Notes: generated from the sequence alone by a model not told the origin. A stretch of DNA of 64,000 bases from Candidatus Woesearchaeota archaeon (GCA_016185705.1 JACPMZ010000005.1:128-64127), one strand, 5' to 3'. Positions 28,301-37,481 are shown, numbered from the stretch's first letter. A program made the numbers and translations.

Positions 28301-29571
28301 GGCTCCTATTTGTTGTGGCAAATGCTGACGAGCTTAGCAAAGTTTACGACGGCTTTCTGGAAATGGTAGACGGGTTTATGGAAGTGATAAAAAATTTTGA
28401 TTTTGCCGAAACACGCTACCACCTTATAAAGTTCATATTTGAAGAAGGGAGAAAAACAAACCCTTACCGCGAAGATAAACAAAACGACAGGCACGCATAT
28501 TATCACTACCAACTTGGCTTCTTCTCAGGCTATGTAACAGGATACATTATTGAACAGGTTGTCTTCTTGAAGGTTGCCTTTGCGGCAGTAAAAACTGCCT
28601 TCAAAGCGAGCGGAAAATTGCTGTCGCGATTATCGGGTGGCGAGAACGTGCTTGAACTGCTGGCGGCTATTACAAAACACCCGGCGCTTGGTATAGAAAT
28701 AGCAAAAAAAGTCAGCAACCTCCCTTACGTCAAAGGCGCTGTACAACTGTGGGCCAACGACGAACTTATCCTGCTTGGAAAGCTTACAAAATATAATGAA
28801 AATTTTGTGAAAACTCTTACGAAAGCAGAAGCGCAAAACGTCCTTAAACTTACAAAAAACATCCCCGATGCAAGTCTTGAGAAGCTCGTTACAAGCAAGC
28901 TCGGTCAGCACACGCTGAAAGCCGCAGACGCCACCGACGGCCTCATAGCAAAGCAGGCGAAGCTTGTGGAAAGGTGGGGGGTTAAGAATGCTGATGATGT
29001 GGTCACAAAATGCACTCTGTTCATTTTCTGCAATACTGACAGGATAAAAGATTTGAACAAGCTACTAAAGGCCGCACCCGATGAGTTTGCCAACAAATTG
29101 AAAGTAGAAAATGCGCATGGATTGCTCAGCTATAAACACCTTGATGAGCTGACGGAAGCATTAACTGAACTGAAAAGCGTAAAAGGATTTGACGATGTGG
29201 CAGGCCCACTAGCCAACCAGAATACATGGACAGGCCCAGCGTTCCAGTTAAGAAAAGGACTTCAGCTTAGGAAAGCAGGGAATACGGTTGTGGAGTTTGA
29301 AAGAGGTACTGGTAGCACATTCATAGATATAGTATACAAAAAGCCAAATTCCGCAGTTGAAATTTATATGGAAACAAAAAACACGGTTTCAATAGACCCC
29401 AACTTTCTAGTTTCTTTGAAAAATCAATTAACGAAGTATTACGCAGAAACAGGCGATTGGGATAGAGTTAGATTATCTTCTGGGAATGGAATTCCGCCAG
29501 AAGTAAGAAAAGAGTTGGTAAATGAATTTGGAGAAAGCGCCGTTGAAAAAATATTAAAAGGTGATATCTGA
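25303..29571 (+). CDS. giant secreted surface protein: PPC-like domain, 3 CARDB-like repeats, Cys-rich region, TSP3-like repeat, AT-rich C-terminal region ending in a PD-(D/E)xK-like motif
   Basis: Signal peptide. GDVDWYKWNL...YAMVYGY. Three repeats ending NEGNNE, NENNNE and DEGNNQ. DNDGDGYG..DCNDNDRNINPG..CGDGLDNNCNG. DSDGFSDQDEILIGSDPHD. C-terminal FIDIVYKK...VEIYMETKN. Confidence 0.85.
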   Translation: MKQLLPSVFVVWLLVFAQVSYGQSLSAASSITEVEPGVNSGDEISVQDDSCSSAVELALGNWDSFNNINPSGDVDWYKWNLVSGGKFTVDVDVPSNKDYDVKVYKTCGGSVICSSAKGRGLDEKCSADVSSGWVYAMVYGYQGDSGFLELYSIRGTFSPNADLVPAPITTSPSNPIETDSVTIRYGSTNIGASDIITAYTSKFYIDNNLVQTCTSSNGKPAGASGFCTYTSKLSDGTRALKVIVDADRQVPESNEGNNEKTSSLKILPDIDLRVVDIYTEPSSPDDRNSFNLRVVVRNDGKIFFSNFNTRVYLNGQYFGDCTHILPMFGNSEETCKWDNLRWSANTYTVRAVADSNSEIEEKNENNNEREETVTVTHENQYDLIVTEILTEPSSVNDQTTFSIKHLIKNNGPDRISSHTVSKLYRNNELIHICSHSAGFDSGETRICTLQNQRWSSGTYEVKAVADADSEISETDEGNNQRKEEFRVDESCVDNDGDGYGTGCSKGSDCNDNDRNINPGQGEICGDGLDNNCNGQQNENCCSPEKPYYCTRTDGCWLNKERCDTAIMCGGRWWACNEPSKYNIKCVNDEPGCCLPQHPYYCPENNFCFGADGYCDGRPVYNCNGKYQVCSEKNYYGTCFGDVLRCCPSGESWWESDKQCHKSSEPPKCAVPDGSSANCDCDTDSECKAADASRPYCGEGGSLYDVRTPQGFHACLATKPKYCGDGICEGSETFSSCNKDCAQNAPKGKITVSVTHSQAKLPIKYAGIYVDGSLSGGTDQFGKAVVEVPYGVRHVRVNCFSGSFCGEQTRDVKKEQEFMSFSCECSDGDLDSDGFSDQDEILIGSDPHDAKSYPEGLTYNPVKCIADTINILVVWLRGGDLIQAHTAVVQTLSSPEVSSVAASEQSAVILQALQQNYPDARLDVQSGITIQNAVERAEYIDAVLTRDGLLYVISDNETQTTAIVQMQASCVGTIVGAAYGVGRGIEDDISILELPVIAVKGLLFVVANADELSKVYDGFLEMVDGFMEVIKNFDFAETRYHLIKFIFEEGRKTNPYREDKQNDRHAYYHYQLGFFSGYVTGYIIEQVVFLKVAFAAVKTAFKASGKLLSRLSGGENVLELLAAITKHPALGIEIAKKVSNLPYVKGAVQLWANDELILLGKLTKYNENFVKTLTKAEAQNVLKLTKNIPDASLEKLVTSKLGQHTLKAADATDGLIAKQAKLVERWGVKNADDVVTKCTLFIFCNTDRIKDLNKLLKAAPDEFANKLKVENAHGLLSYKHLDELTEALTELKSVKGFDDVAGPLANQNTWTGPAFQLRKGLQLRKAGNTVVEFERGTGSTFIDIVYKKPNSAVEIYMETKNTVSIDPNFLVSLKNQLTKYYAETGDWDRVRLSSGNGIPPEVRKELVNEFGESAVEKILKGDI
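29281..29568 (+). other. candidate restriction-endonuclease-fold (PD-(D/E)xK) toxin tip
   Basis: D codon at 29326-29328 and E-T-K at 29371-29379, both on hydrophobic strand-like segments, followed by LKNQLTKYY. This is a motif-level call only. Confidence 0.4.
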
Positions 29572-30212
29572 TGGACTATGCAAGGATACAATATGCACCA
29601 ATACGAAGGGCATTTAACAGGGATTTTGCGTTTGGCTTAGTCAGGCAAGTTGCAGATGGTTGCAAAAGCGTAAATAAAAGTGCTGAAAAAGAGATGCTGC
29701 TAAGAGATGTAAGCGATGCAGAACTGGGTGAAATTTTGTACAACAACGGCGAAGGGGAGTCGTTGTTTTTCCAAGTAAATGATTTGTACAATTTTGCAAT
29801 CCATGCAGGACCCAAAAAAAGTAATGTGCATATTGTAATAAGTGTGCCCTTGCCTTTCCTAAGAAAAGCGAATAGCAAAAGAGTGATAGAAGATATTATA
29901 AGCAGGAGCAAGGCGGTATATGATTATCTGCGCCCCGAGTATGCAATTGGAGACGAAGAAGGGCTGTTTATTGATAAAAAGGTAGAATATAAGGATGGCG
30001 TGTTCTGGCTGAATTTTTACAGCCCGCAAGTAGTGGAAAGAATTGGCATAGAAAAACTGAAAAGCGTGCCGTATGGAACAATAGACGAACTGGCAGACGG
30101 CGGTGTGCTCCTAATCAGGGGGCGAACGCCTGATGAGAATAGTGAACACCGAACGGAAATTAAGCGCTACCTGTTCGGAAGAGGATTTGTCAACAAATTA
30201 TTTGGAAGATGA
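29571..30212 (+). CDS. cytoplasmic 213-aa protein in the immunity-gene position
   Basis: The ATG shares a nucleotide with the stop of 25303..29571 (TGATG). ATGA overlap with the next gene. No signal peptide. AT-rich like the preceding toxin tip. Confidence 0.6.
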   Translation: MDYARIQYAPIRRAFNRDFAFGLVRQVADGCKSVNKSAEKEMLLRDVSDAELGEILYNNGEGESLFFQVNDLYNFAIHAGPKKSNVHIVISVPLPFLRKANSKRVIEDIISRSKAVYDYLRPEYAIGDEEGLFIDKKVEYKDGVFWLNFYSPQVVERIGIEKLKSVPYGTIDELADGGVLLIRGRTPDENSEHRTEIKRYLFGRGFVNKLFGR

Positions 30213-33200
30213 ACAAGATTAAAATAACGGAACGCGCAGCTTACGCATTACTCATAGCACTGCTGCTCCTGCTCGCAGCATCCTTCCTCCCTCTCGGCAA
30301 TGGCGGCAGCGGCAGTGAAAAAGCTGTATTGCTCTTGCAGCAGATTGAAGCAGTTGACAACCTTCCTCCTGCTGTTGATGAGAAGATTGAGCCTGCGGTG
30401 AAGGAGCAGGTTAAGGAAGCGATTTATTTGGCGGCTGCTGGGGGCTCGAAGGAAGCTGCTGAAAAAAGGAAGGTTGAGGTGCTTGTGAAGGCATCTTCTG
30501 AGGATGCTAAGAAAGTGATAAAGAAGGCTGGCGGGGAAATATTGAACGTTGTTGACTCTGTTGACAAAACAGCAAAGTATTTCGCAGTGAAGGCAGATGC
30601 CGACAAAGTGGCAGCCATAGCAGCGGGTAATGATGTTTCCAGCATATCGCAAAGAAGCAAGGTTTACCCAACACTTGACTCAAGCGTGCCTGTCATTAAG
30701 GCGGACTCGTTCTGGAATGCCGGCTTTAAGGGCAGCGGAGTAAGGGTAGCTGTGCTGGACACAGGCATAGACAAAAACCACCCAATGCTCAAGGACAAGG
30801 TAGATGCTGAGAGGGATTTCACCGGCAGCGGCACAGCTGCTGACGACTGCGGTCACGGAACCCATGTTGCAGGCATAGTTGCAGGCTCAAAGGCTAACGG
30901 CGGATATGATGGCGTTGCGCCTGACGCGAAGCTGCTGAATGCCAAGGTCCTCACACTTAACTCAAATGGCGAATGCGAGGGAAACGTGGATTACATAATA
31001 GCAGCCATAGGATGGGCTCTTGACCCTGACGGCAGCTCTGCAACCGATGACGGTGCTAAAGTAATAAGCATGAGCCTTGGAGGGAAGGGTGAAACCAGCA
31101 TGAGCCTTGAGAATGAGTTGCAGTCTGCTGTGGCTAAAGGCGCTGTAGTTGTTGTATCAAGCGGCAATTGCGGAAAAGGATGCCCAAGCCCTAACTGCGG
31201 GCAATTCCAGGGAGTAACATGGCCGGGCAACTCGCCAAGCGTCATAACTGTGGGAGCTGTTGACGACTCAAAAAACGTTGCGTGCTTCTCAAGCGGCGAA
31301 AACGTCAAGAACGTGGGCATCAAGCCCGACTTCGCAGCGCCTGGCGTTGACGTGATGTCCTCTGTTCCCGGCGGCTATGAATCAAAGAGAGGCACGAGCA
31401 TGGCAGCCCCTCACGTTTCAGGCGCTGCTGCGCTTATGCTTGGCAAAGACCCAAGCCTGAAGCAGGATGACGTAAAGAGAATTCTTGAAAACACTGCTTT
31501 GGACCTTGGCGAAATAGGGAAAGACACGAGCTACGGCTTCGGCCTTATTGACATGGCAAAGGCGCTTGTTTACAAGGAAGGGCTTGAGTTCAGCATAGGG
31601 CTTGAAAAGCAAATCATAAGCGGCAGCAGTCAGAAGATTACAGTTACGGTTTACGACGACGTTCAGGTTAACAGCGTCAAGGCAACAGTGACGAAGCCTA
31701 ACGGCGCAAAAAGCGCAGAGTTTACCTTTGCTGGCAGCGGCAGCAACGTTTACACTTACGACTACACCGATACTGTTTTGATGGGAAATTACGCTGTTGA
31801 GGTTGCTGTCAATTACGGAGGCACAAGCGGGAGTTCAGGAGCCGGCAGCGAAGGCGGCGGCGAAGCAGGCAGCGGCTCAGATGGCTCATCCAGCATAGAG
31901 GTAACCCAGACAGCCGGCTTCAAAGTTACTTCGCTCACAGGCGACTTCGGAAGCGTTGAGGAGATAAACATTTCGCAGCAGCAGTTCCTGAGCCAGAACC
32001 TTGCAGCCAACGTAACTTTCGCAAACACTGCCGATGTTGAGCTTGTCTTCTCTGCGCTGATGCACTTGCTGAAGATAGATGACGGCTCAATAGGTGCGGC
32101 TCCATCGCAGGAAATAAGATTGCCTGCTGTAACAGTTGCGGCAAATTCGAAGGCAACAGAAGCTGTTAGCAACGCGCTTGAAGTAGGTCCTGGCAACTAC
32201 ACGCTGAGGATAGTGACTGACTACGGCGCAGGGAGTGCGGTGAACGAGATGAACATAACCGTTGTTGATGACTTGGCGCCTGTTATTGCAGGGTATGAGT
32301 ATGACAGCGGCGCATATCAGCGGAGCCCGAGAGTTGCAAAGTTCACGATTTACGAGCATTCTGACATAACAGTTAACATTACGGCAAAAGGAACAGTTAC
32401 GTGCACTGATTCCTGCACAGATGCCTTAACCACTGAACCGATTGACATTAATTACTCTGCTGTTGTAGTGCAGCAGGGCAACGAAAAAGAATTGGCGGTT
32501 ACGCTGTATGAAAACACTGACGAAGCAACTTTGCATTCCGCAGAAATCGGGATATGCGACGAAAGCGGCAACTGCGCAGTAAGCGATGTGCTGGACTTCA
32601 GGGCTGATGCGTGCGAAGGCAGGCACATCCTAATCGCAAAGAGCTATGAAGAGGGCTCTGCATTTGAGCGTGCAGCAGCAGGCCTGTGCATGTTTGCATT
32701 AAACAAAAGCGTAAGCAGGAACCCTCCAGGCAGCTACCTGAAGCAGTTTGACGCTGTAATCTGGAGCACAGGAACAGACCTGGCAAACATTGACGACGCT
32801 GATGCAGCTTCATTGACTGATTATTATGATGAAAAGGGCCGAATAATTGTTGAAGGAAGCGATGTAGCATTCAACCATGTTGATGATGAATTAATGACTG
32901 AAGTGCTGCATTCTGAGCTGGCATATGACCTGGGCATATCGGTTTCTTCAGCTGAAGACCTGAATAATTTAAGCATAAACCACACGCAGAAGCATCCGCT
33001 GCTAAGCGGCATTGAAACTCCGACATTCTTTAACGCAAGCATTGACCCGTTCCCTGACTCAATAAAACCGGTCAATGGCAGCGGGGAGATTGCAGTATGG
33101 GACGGGCTTGAGGAAGGCGGCTCAGCAATTGTTGTTTATGAGAGCCAGCAGAAGCGTTCGCTGTTCCTGCCTTTCAGCATCAATGCACTGAATGAGGCTG

Positions 33201-36200
33201 ACAGGGATTTGCTGGCAGCCAATGCAGTTGACTGGCTGCTGGCAGACACTGCCATAGACATAGTTCCTGCCTCGCTTGACCACGGAATGCTGTTTGAAGG
33301 CCCGGTGGAGTTCACTGCAGTTGTTGAAAGCAGTGGAGGAGCAACAGCAGTGCCTGAAATAAAAATATTTGTTGATGGCAATGAGCAGGACGCTGCTGCC
33401 GGCTTCGGAAATAACGGCGTGTTTGAATACCCTGTAACCGCTGAGCTAAACGCAGGGCTGCATAAAGTAAAAGTAATAGCAAACAGCGACCTGGCGATTG
33501 AAGAAAACAACTACATCAACAACATTGCCGAATATGAGCTTGCGGTTTATCCCCAAAAAGCCGACCTGATTGTGGAAGGGCTGAAATACAGCTATGATGA
33601 CAGCGAGCAGGCAGTTGTTCTGGAAGTGAATGTGTCAAACATGGGCGGAACAGAAGCGAATTCGCTGCTGAGAATCTTCGCTGATAATTCGGAAGTCAGC
33701 TCGCAGCACATACATTTAGCATCTGCTGAAAAAAAGACTGTTATGTTCACGATTCTGTCGGACAAGGGCAATTATGCATACAAGGCAGTTATTGACCCTG
33801 ACAACACAGTAGCAGAGTACAACGAATCAAACAATGAATTGCAGGAAACGCTTTACCTTTGCAGCAAAAGCAGGATTTTAGTGGTGGATGACAACGACGC
33901 AGAATTTTATTCCACTGAGCAGCCGAGCAGCGCACCGCTGATTCTTGATGCGCTGAAGCTGAAGGGCTACTGCACCAGCTACGTCAGCCAGCAAGAAGAA
34001 ATGATAACAATTGAAGCAGCCAATGAATATCCTGTGCTGATATGGAGCGCAGGCGACTACTTTGACGGCGTGCTTAATGAGCAGGATGCTGAGTTCCTGC
34101 AAAACTATGATGGCGCTTTGCTGCTGGAAGGGGCAGACGTTGCTCTTGAGCATGCTGGCAGCAGCTTATTTGAGGAACTGACAGGAAGCGTGCACCTGAG
34201 GGATATGCTGCTGGAGGGTGAAGAAATTCTGCTGAACATAAGTGAACATGCGATAACAGCAGGCATTGAAGAAATCAAGCTGCTCAAAAACGATTCACCT
34301 TATCCGGACAGCGTTCAGCCAGTGAATAGCATCGCGGTAGCAGGATGGGATGACGGCGCAGCAATCACAGCGCTTGAGCAGGACGGCAGGAAAGCTGTAT
34401 TTTACGGATTTTCTGCGGATGCTGTGGAAAACATGGATGCACTGCTTCTGAACACAGTAGAATGGCTGCTCATAGCGCCGAACAACGCTCCTGTAATCCA
34501 CAACGTTACAAATATAACAGCAGATGAAGGGGAAATAGTTTTTGTTGAAGTCAACGCAACAGATGCGGATGGAGACGAATTAACGTACAGCATCAGCGAT
34601 GAACGGTTTGTGCAGAACGGAAACAGATTTGTGTGGCAGACGAACCACACAGATGCCGGAGAGTATGAATTCGGGATTAGCGTAAGCGACGGAGCTGAAA
34701 CCGCAGCTGCACTCATTAATGTAACAGTGCTGGACGTAAACCTGCCGCCAGAGCTGCTTGTAAGCGTTGATTCAGCGCTTGTTCCTCAGGACGTTCCTGT
34801 AAGATACGCTGACGAAGGCGTAGAAGTAAAGTTCAGCGTCCTCGCAACAGACCCTGACAATGATGAGCTGATGTATGAGTGGCTGATAAACGGAACAGCC
34901 GCATCAACAACTGCAAACTTCACCCGCACATTTGCTTACAACGAAAGCGGAACGTACAATGTAACAATAAGGGTAAGCGACGGCCAGGATACAGTATCAT
35001 ATGAATTCACGCTGATAGTAAAAGATACCATGCAGTGCGAACCTGCCAGTGTGCAGCTCTGCGCAGTGCAGGAAGGCGTATGCAGCGAAAGCACGGATAC
35101 GTGCAGCGAAGAAGGCCAGTGGCCTGGCTGCGCCGCAGATACGTATGCAGAACACAGCGAAATGTATGAAGCAGCTGAAACCATGTGCGACCAGCTTGAC
35201 AACGACTGCGACGCACTGACCGACGAGGGCAGGGTGTGCAACACAGCGCCTAAGCTGAACATTGCAAACCAAACTGTATCAGAGAATGAGAAACTGCAGT
35301 TTATCGTAACAGCAGCAGACAGCGAAAATGACGTGCTGCATTATAATGCAGCAGGGCTTCCTGAAGGCGCAGCATTTGATAATGAAACCGCTGAATTTGA
35401 GTGGACGCCTACGTACGAGCAGGCCGGGCTGTACTCGGCAGGGTTTAATGTGACTGATTTGCTGCTGTGGGATTATGCTGAGATTAACATTACAGTGCTT
35501 GAGACAAACAGGCCGCCAGAGTTTGCAAGCATAGAAATGAATGATGCAGTGGATGAGACGGCAGACGCAGTAATAACAGTGAATGCTGTTGACCCTGACG
35601 GGCACGAAATTTTGTACAGCATCAATGATTCCAGGTTTGCGCAGGACGGCAACAGATTTACGTGGACAACAACTTATGAAGATGCTGGCATTCACAGCTT
35701 CCTGCTGACCATATCTGACGGCGACCTCAGCAAGTCAGCAGTGGTTGAAGTTACTGTAACGAATGTGAACAGGCCGCCAATGCTTAATACGGTTGGCAAC
35801 AAAACAGTGCACGAGGATGAAAAGCTGAGCTTTGCGCTGGACGCAGAGGATGCTGATGGCGATTTGCTGAAATATGAGATGGTGACCGACGCTATTGGAG
35901 CATCGCTGGACAGCGAAACAGGGCTGTTTGAGTGGACGCCTGACTATGACGACGAAGGGAAGTATAAAGCAGTGCTTGTTGTTTCAGATTATCTGCTGAC
36001 AGACTATGAAGAAATAAACATAACCGTGCTTAACACCAACCGCAAGCCAAAACTTACAGGGCTGTTCGGAAACTATGCGGTTCTGGAAACTGAGCTGGCT
36101 GTTGTGGGCGTTAATGCAGAGGATCCTGATGGCGATGAGTTGCGTTACAGCATCAACGATTCGAGGTTTGTGCAGGACAGGAATGCATTCAGCTGGCAGA

Positions 36201-37432
36201 CAGGGTATGATGATGCCGGGCTGTATCCAGTCATAGTCACAGTTTCTGACGGTCAGGACAATATTTCAGTGTCCTTTGAGGTGCGGGTGTTCAACCTGAA
36301 CAGGCCGCCGCTGCTGCATGAGATTGGCAACAGGACAGTTAAGGAGAACGAGACGCTGAGCTTCACTTTGGAAGCGGATGACCCTGACAATGAGCCGCTC
36401 AGATTCGCTTTGGAAATGCCAGCAGAACTGGCAGGCGTAATGTTTGATGAGGAAAGCGGAGAGTTTGAGTGGACGCCTTCGTTCAGCCAGGCAGGCATTT
36501 ACAGATTTGCGTTCAGCGTTACAGACTTCCTGCTGCTTGACCTGGAGGAAATAAACATCACTGTTCAGAACGTGAACAGGCCGCCGGTGATACACATGAT
36601 ACTGGTTGAGCCGCCGGGCACGGAAATGCATCCTGGCGAGCAGAAAAGCTTTACTGTGCTGGGCAGCAACGGAAACGTGCATTACGAGTGGCTGCTTGAC
36701 GGCGTAAAAGTGCATGAGTCCAGCTCGACCTACACTTATAAGCCAGGCGCTGACTCTGTTGGAGCGCATGTGTTGAAAGTGAACTTAACTGATGGAGAGT
36801 TCAGCACGTCCCGCGAAATACCTGTAACAGTAACGCAGAAAGCGATTGATTTCCTCGTAAGCGGAGAAGCGGAAGCTGATGAAGGCGAATTAGTGCGGCT
36901 GAGGGTTGAGGTATTCAACGCAGCTGATGCAGCGATAAAAATAAACGACAGCAGGTTCAAAAAATCTGACGGAACCATTCACGGCGCTGGCGAGTGCGGC
37001 GGAGCAGCCGGGGAATGCAAAGATCCCGCGTATGAATGCGTTGCTGAGTGCCCTGACTGCTTTGGAATATGCCACCTTGAAGCTGATTCATTAGTTAAGC
37101 TGTTTGACTGGCAGACGGGCTATAACGATGCGGGAGGGTATGAAATTCTTGTAACAGTTTCTGACGGATTTGCCAGCGCATCCAAAGCAGTAAGCGTTGT
37201 TGTGAGAAATGCGAATGCTCCGCCGTGCGGAAGCTACGGCGACTTTAACGGCGACAAGTCAGTGACTGAGAAAGACGTGCAGATGCTGCTTGACCACATC
37301 AGCGGAAGAAGCAAATTGCTGGATGGCAGATATGCTGATGTCAATGGCGATGGAAAAGTAAATCTCTTTGACTCAATCTACATGCAGCATTTCATAGGAG
37401 GCCATATTAATACGTTCCCGGTCTGCAACTAG
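30209..37432 (+). CDS. giant secreted S8 subtilisin-like protease with CARDB-like and about 8 cadherin/He_PIG-like repeats and a C-terminal dockerin
   Basis: VAVLDTGID, HGTHVAG and GTSMAAPHVSG. Repeats of NRPP...DADGD(E/L)L.YS....F......F.W.P...(D/Q)AG.Y......SDG (about 34490-36600). Dockerin at the end. Confidence 0.9.
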   Translation: MNKIKITERAAYALLIALLLLLAASFLPLGNGGSGSEKAVLLLQQIEAVDNLPPAVDEKIEPAVKEQVKEAIYLAAAGGSKEAAEKRKVEVLVKASSEDAKKVIKKAGGEILNVVDSVDKTAKYFAVKADADKVAAIAAGNDVSSISQRSKVYPTLDSSVPVIKADSFWNAGFKGSGVRVAVLDTGIDKNHPMLKDKVDAERDFTGSGTAADDCGHGTHVAGIVAGSKANGGYDGVAPDAKLLNAKVLTLNSNGECEGNVDYIIAAIGWALDPDGSSATDDGAKVISMSLGGKGETSMSLENELQSAVAKGAVVVVSSGNCGKGCPSPNCGQFQGVTWPGNSPSVITVGAVDDSKNVACFSSGENVKNVGIKPDFAAPGVDVMSSVPGGYESKRGTSMAAPHVSGAAALMLGKDPSLKQDDVKRILENTALDLGEIGKDTSYGFGLIDMAKALVYKEGLEFSIGLEKQIISGSSQKITVTVYDDVQVNSVKATVTKPNGAKSAEFTFAGSGSNVYTYDYTDTVLMGNYAVEVAVNYGGTSGSSGAGSEGGGEAGSGSDGSSSIEVTQTAGFKVTSLTGDFGSVEEINISQQQFLSQNLAANVTFANTADVELVFSALMHLLKIDDGSIGAAPSQEIRLPAVTVAANSKATEAVSNALEVGPGNYTLRIVTDYGAGSAVNEMNITVVDDLAPVIAGYEYDSGAYQRSPRVAKFTIYEHSDITVNITAKGTVTCTDSCTDALTTEPIDINYSAVVVQQGNEKELAVTLYENTDEATLHSAEIGICDESGNCAVSDVLDFRADACEGRHILIAKSYEEGSAFERAAAGLCMFALNKSVSRNPPGSYLKQFDAVIWSTGTDLANIDDADAASLTDYYDEKGRIIVEGSDVAFNHVDDELMTEVLHSELAYDLGISVSSAEDLNNLSINHTQKHPLLSGIETPTFFNASIDPFPDSIKPVNGSGEIAVWDGLEEGGSAIVVYESQQKRSLFLPFSINALNEADRDLLAANAVDWLLADTAIDIVPASLDHGMLFEGPVEFTAVVESSGGATAVPEIKIFVDGNEQDAAAGFGNNGVFEYPVTAELNAGLHKVKVIANSDLAIEENNYINNIAEYELAVYPQKADLIVEGLKYSYDDSEQAVVLEVNVSNMGGTEANSLLRIFADNSEVSSQHIHLASAEKKTVMFTILSDKGNYAYKAVIDPDNTVAEYNESNNELQETLYLCSKSRILVVDDNDAEFYSTEQPSSAPLILDALKLKGYCTSYVSQQEEMITIEAANEYPVLIWSAGDYFDGVLNEQDAEFLQNYDGALLLEGADVALEHAGSSLFEELTGSVHLRDMLLEGEEILLNISEHAITAGIEEIKLLKNDSPYPDSVQPVNSIAVAGWDDGAAITALEQDGRKAVFYGFSADAVENMDALLLNTVEWLLIAPNNAPVIHNVTNITADEGEIVFVEVNATDADGDELTYSISDERFVQNGNRFVWQTNHTDAGEYEFGISVSDGAETAAALINVTVLDVNLPPELLVSVDSALVPQDVPVRYADEGVEVKFSVLATDPDNDELMYEWLINGTAASTTANFTRTFAYNESGTYNVTIRVSDGQDTVSYEFTLIVKDTMQCEPASVQLCAVQEGVCSESTDTCSEEGQWPGCAADTYAEHSEMYEAAETMCDQLDNDCDALTDEGRVCNTAPKLNIANQTVSENEKLQFIVTAADSENDVLHYNAAGLPEGAAFDNETAEFEWTPTYEQAGLYSAGFNVTDLLLWDYAEINITVLETNRPPEFASIEMNDAVDETADAVITVNAVDPDGHEILYSINDSRFAQDGNRFTWTTTYEDAGIHSFLLTISDGDLSKSAVVEVTVTNVNRPPMLNTVGNKTVHEDEKLSFALDAEDADGDLLKYEMVTDAIGASLDSETGLFEWTPDYDDEGKYKAVLVVSDYLLTDYEEINITVLNTNRKPKLTGLFGNYAVLETELAVVGVNAEDPDGDELRYSINDSRFVQDRNAFSWQTGYDDAGLYPVIVTVSDGQDNISVSFEVRVFNLNRPPLLHEIGNRTVKENETLSFTLEADDPDNEPLRFALEMPAELAGVMFDEESGEFEWTPSFSQAGIYRFAFSVTDFLLLDLEEINITVQNVNRPPVIHMILVEPPGTEMHPGEQKSFTVLGSNGNVHYEWLLDGVKVHESSSTYTYKPGADSVGAHVLKVNLTDGEFSTSREIPVTVTQKAIDFLVSGEAEADEGELVRLRVEVFNAADAAIKINDSRFKKSDGTIHGAGECGGAAGECKDPAYECVAECPDCFGICHLEADSLVKLFDWQTGYNDAGGYEILVTVSDGFASASKAVSVVVRNANAPPCGSYGDFNGDKSVTEKDVQMLLDHISGRSKLLDGRYADVNGDGKVNLFDSIYMQHFIGGHINTFPVCN
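37226..37429 (+). other. type-I-like dockerin module
   Basis: GDFNGDKSVTEKDVQMLLDHISG ... ADVNGDGKVNLFDSIYMQHFIGG: two EF-hand-like D.NGDG.V...D segments. Confidence 0.7.
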
Positions 37433-37440
37433 CAGTTAAT

Positions 37441-37481
37441 AGTAAAGCGCATTAATTTACAAACATTTTGTGCGCTTTACT
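37441..37481. terminator. hairpin between convergent genes (possible bidirectional terminator)
   Basis: AGTAAAGCGCA ... TGCGCTTTACT, an 11-bp stem followed by a T-rich run (ATTTATTTTT). Confidence 0.45.
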
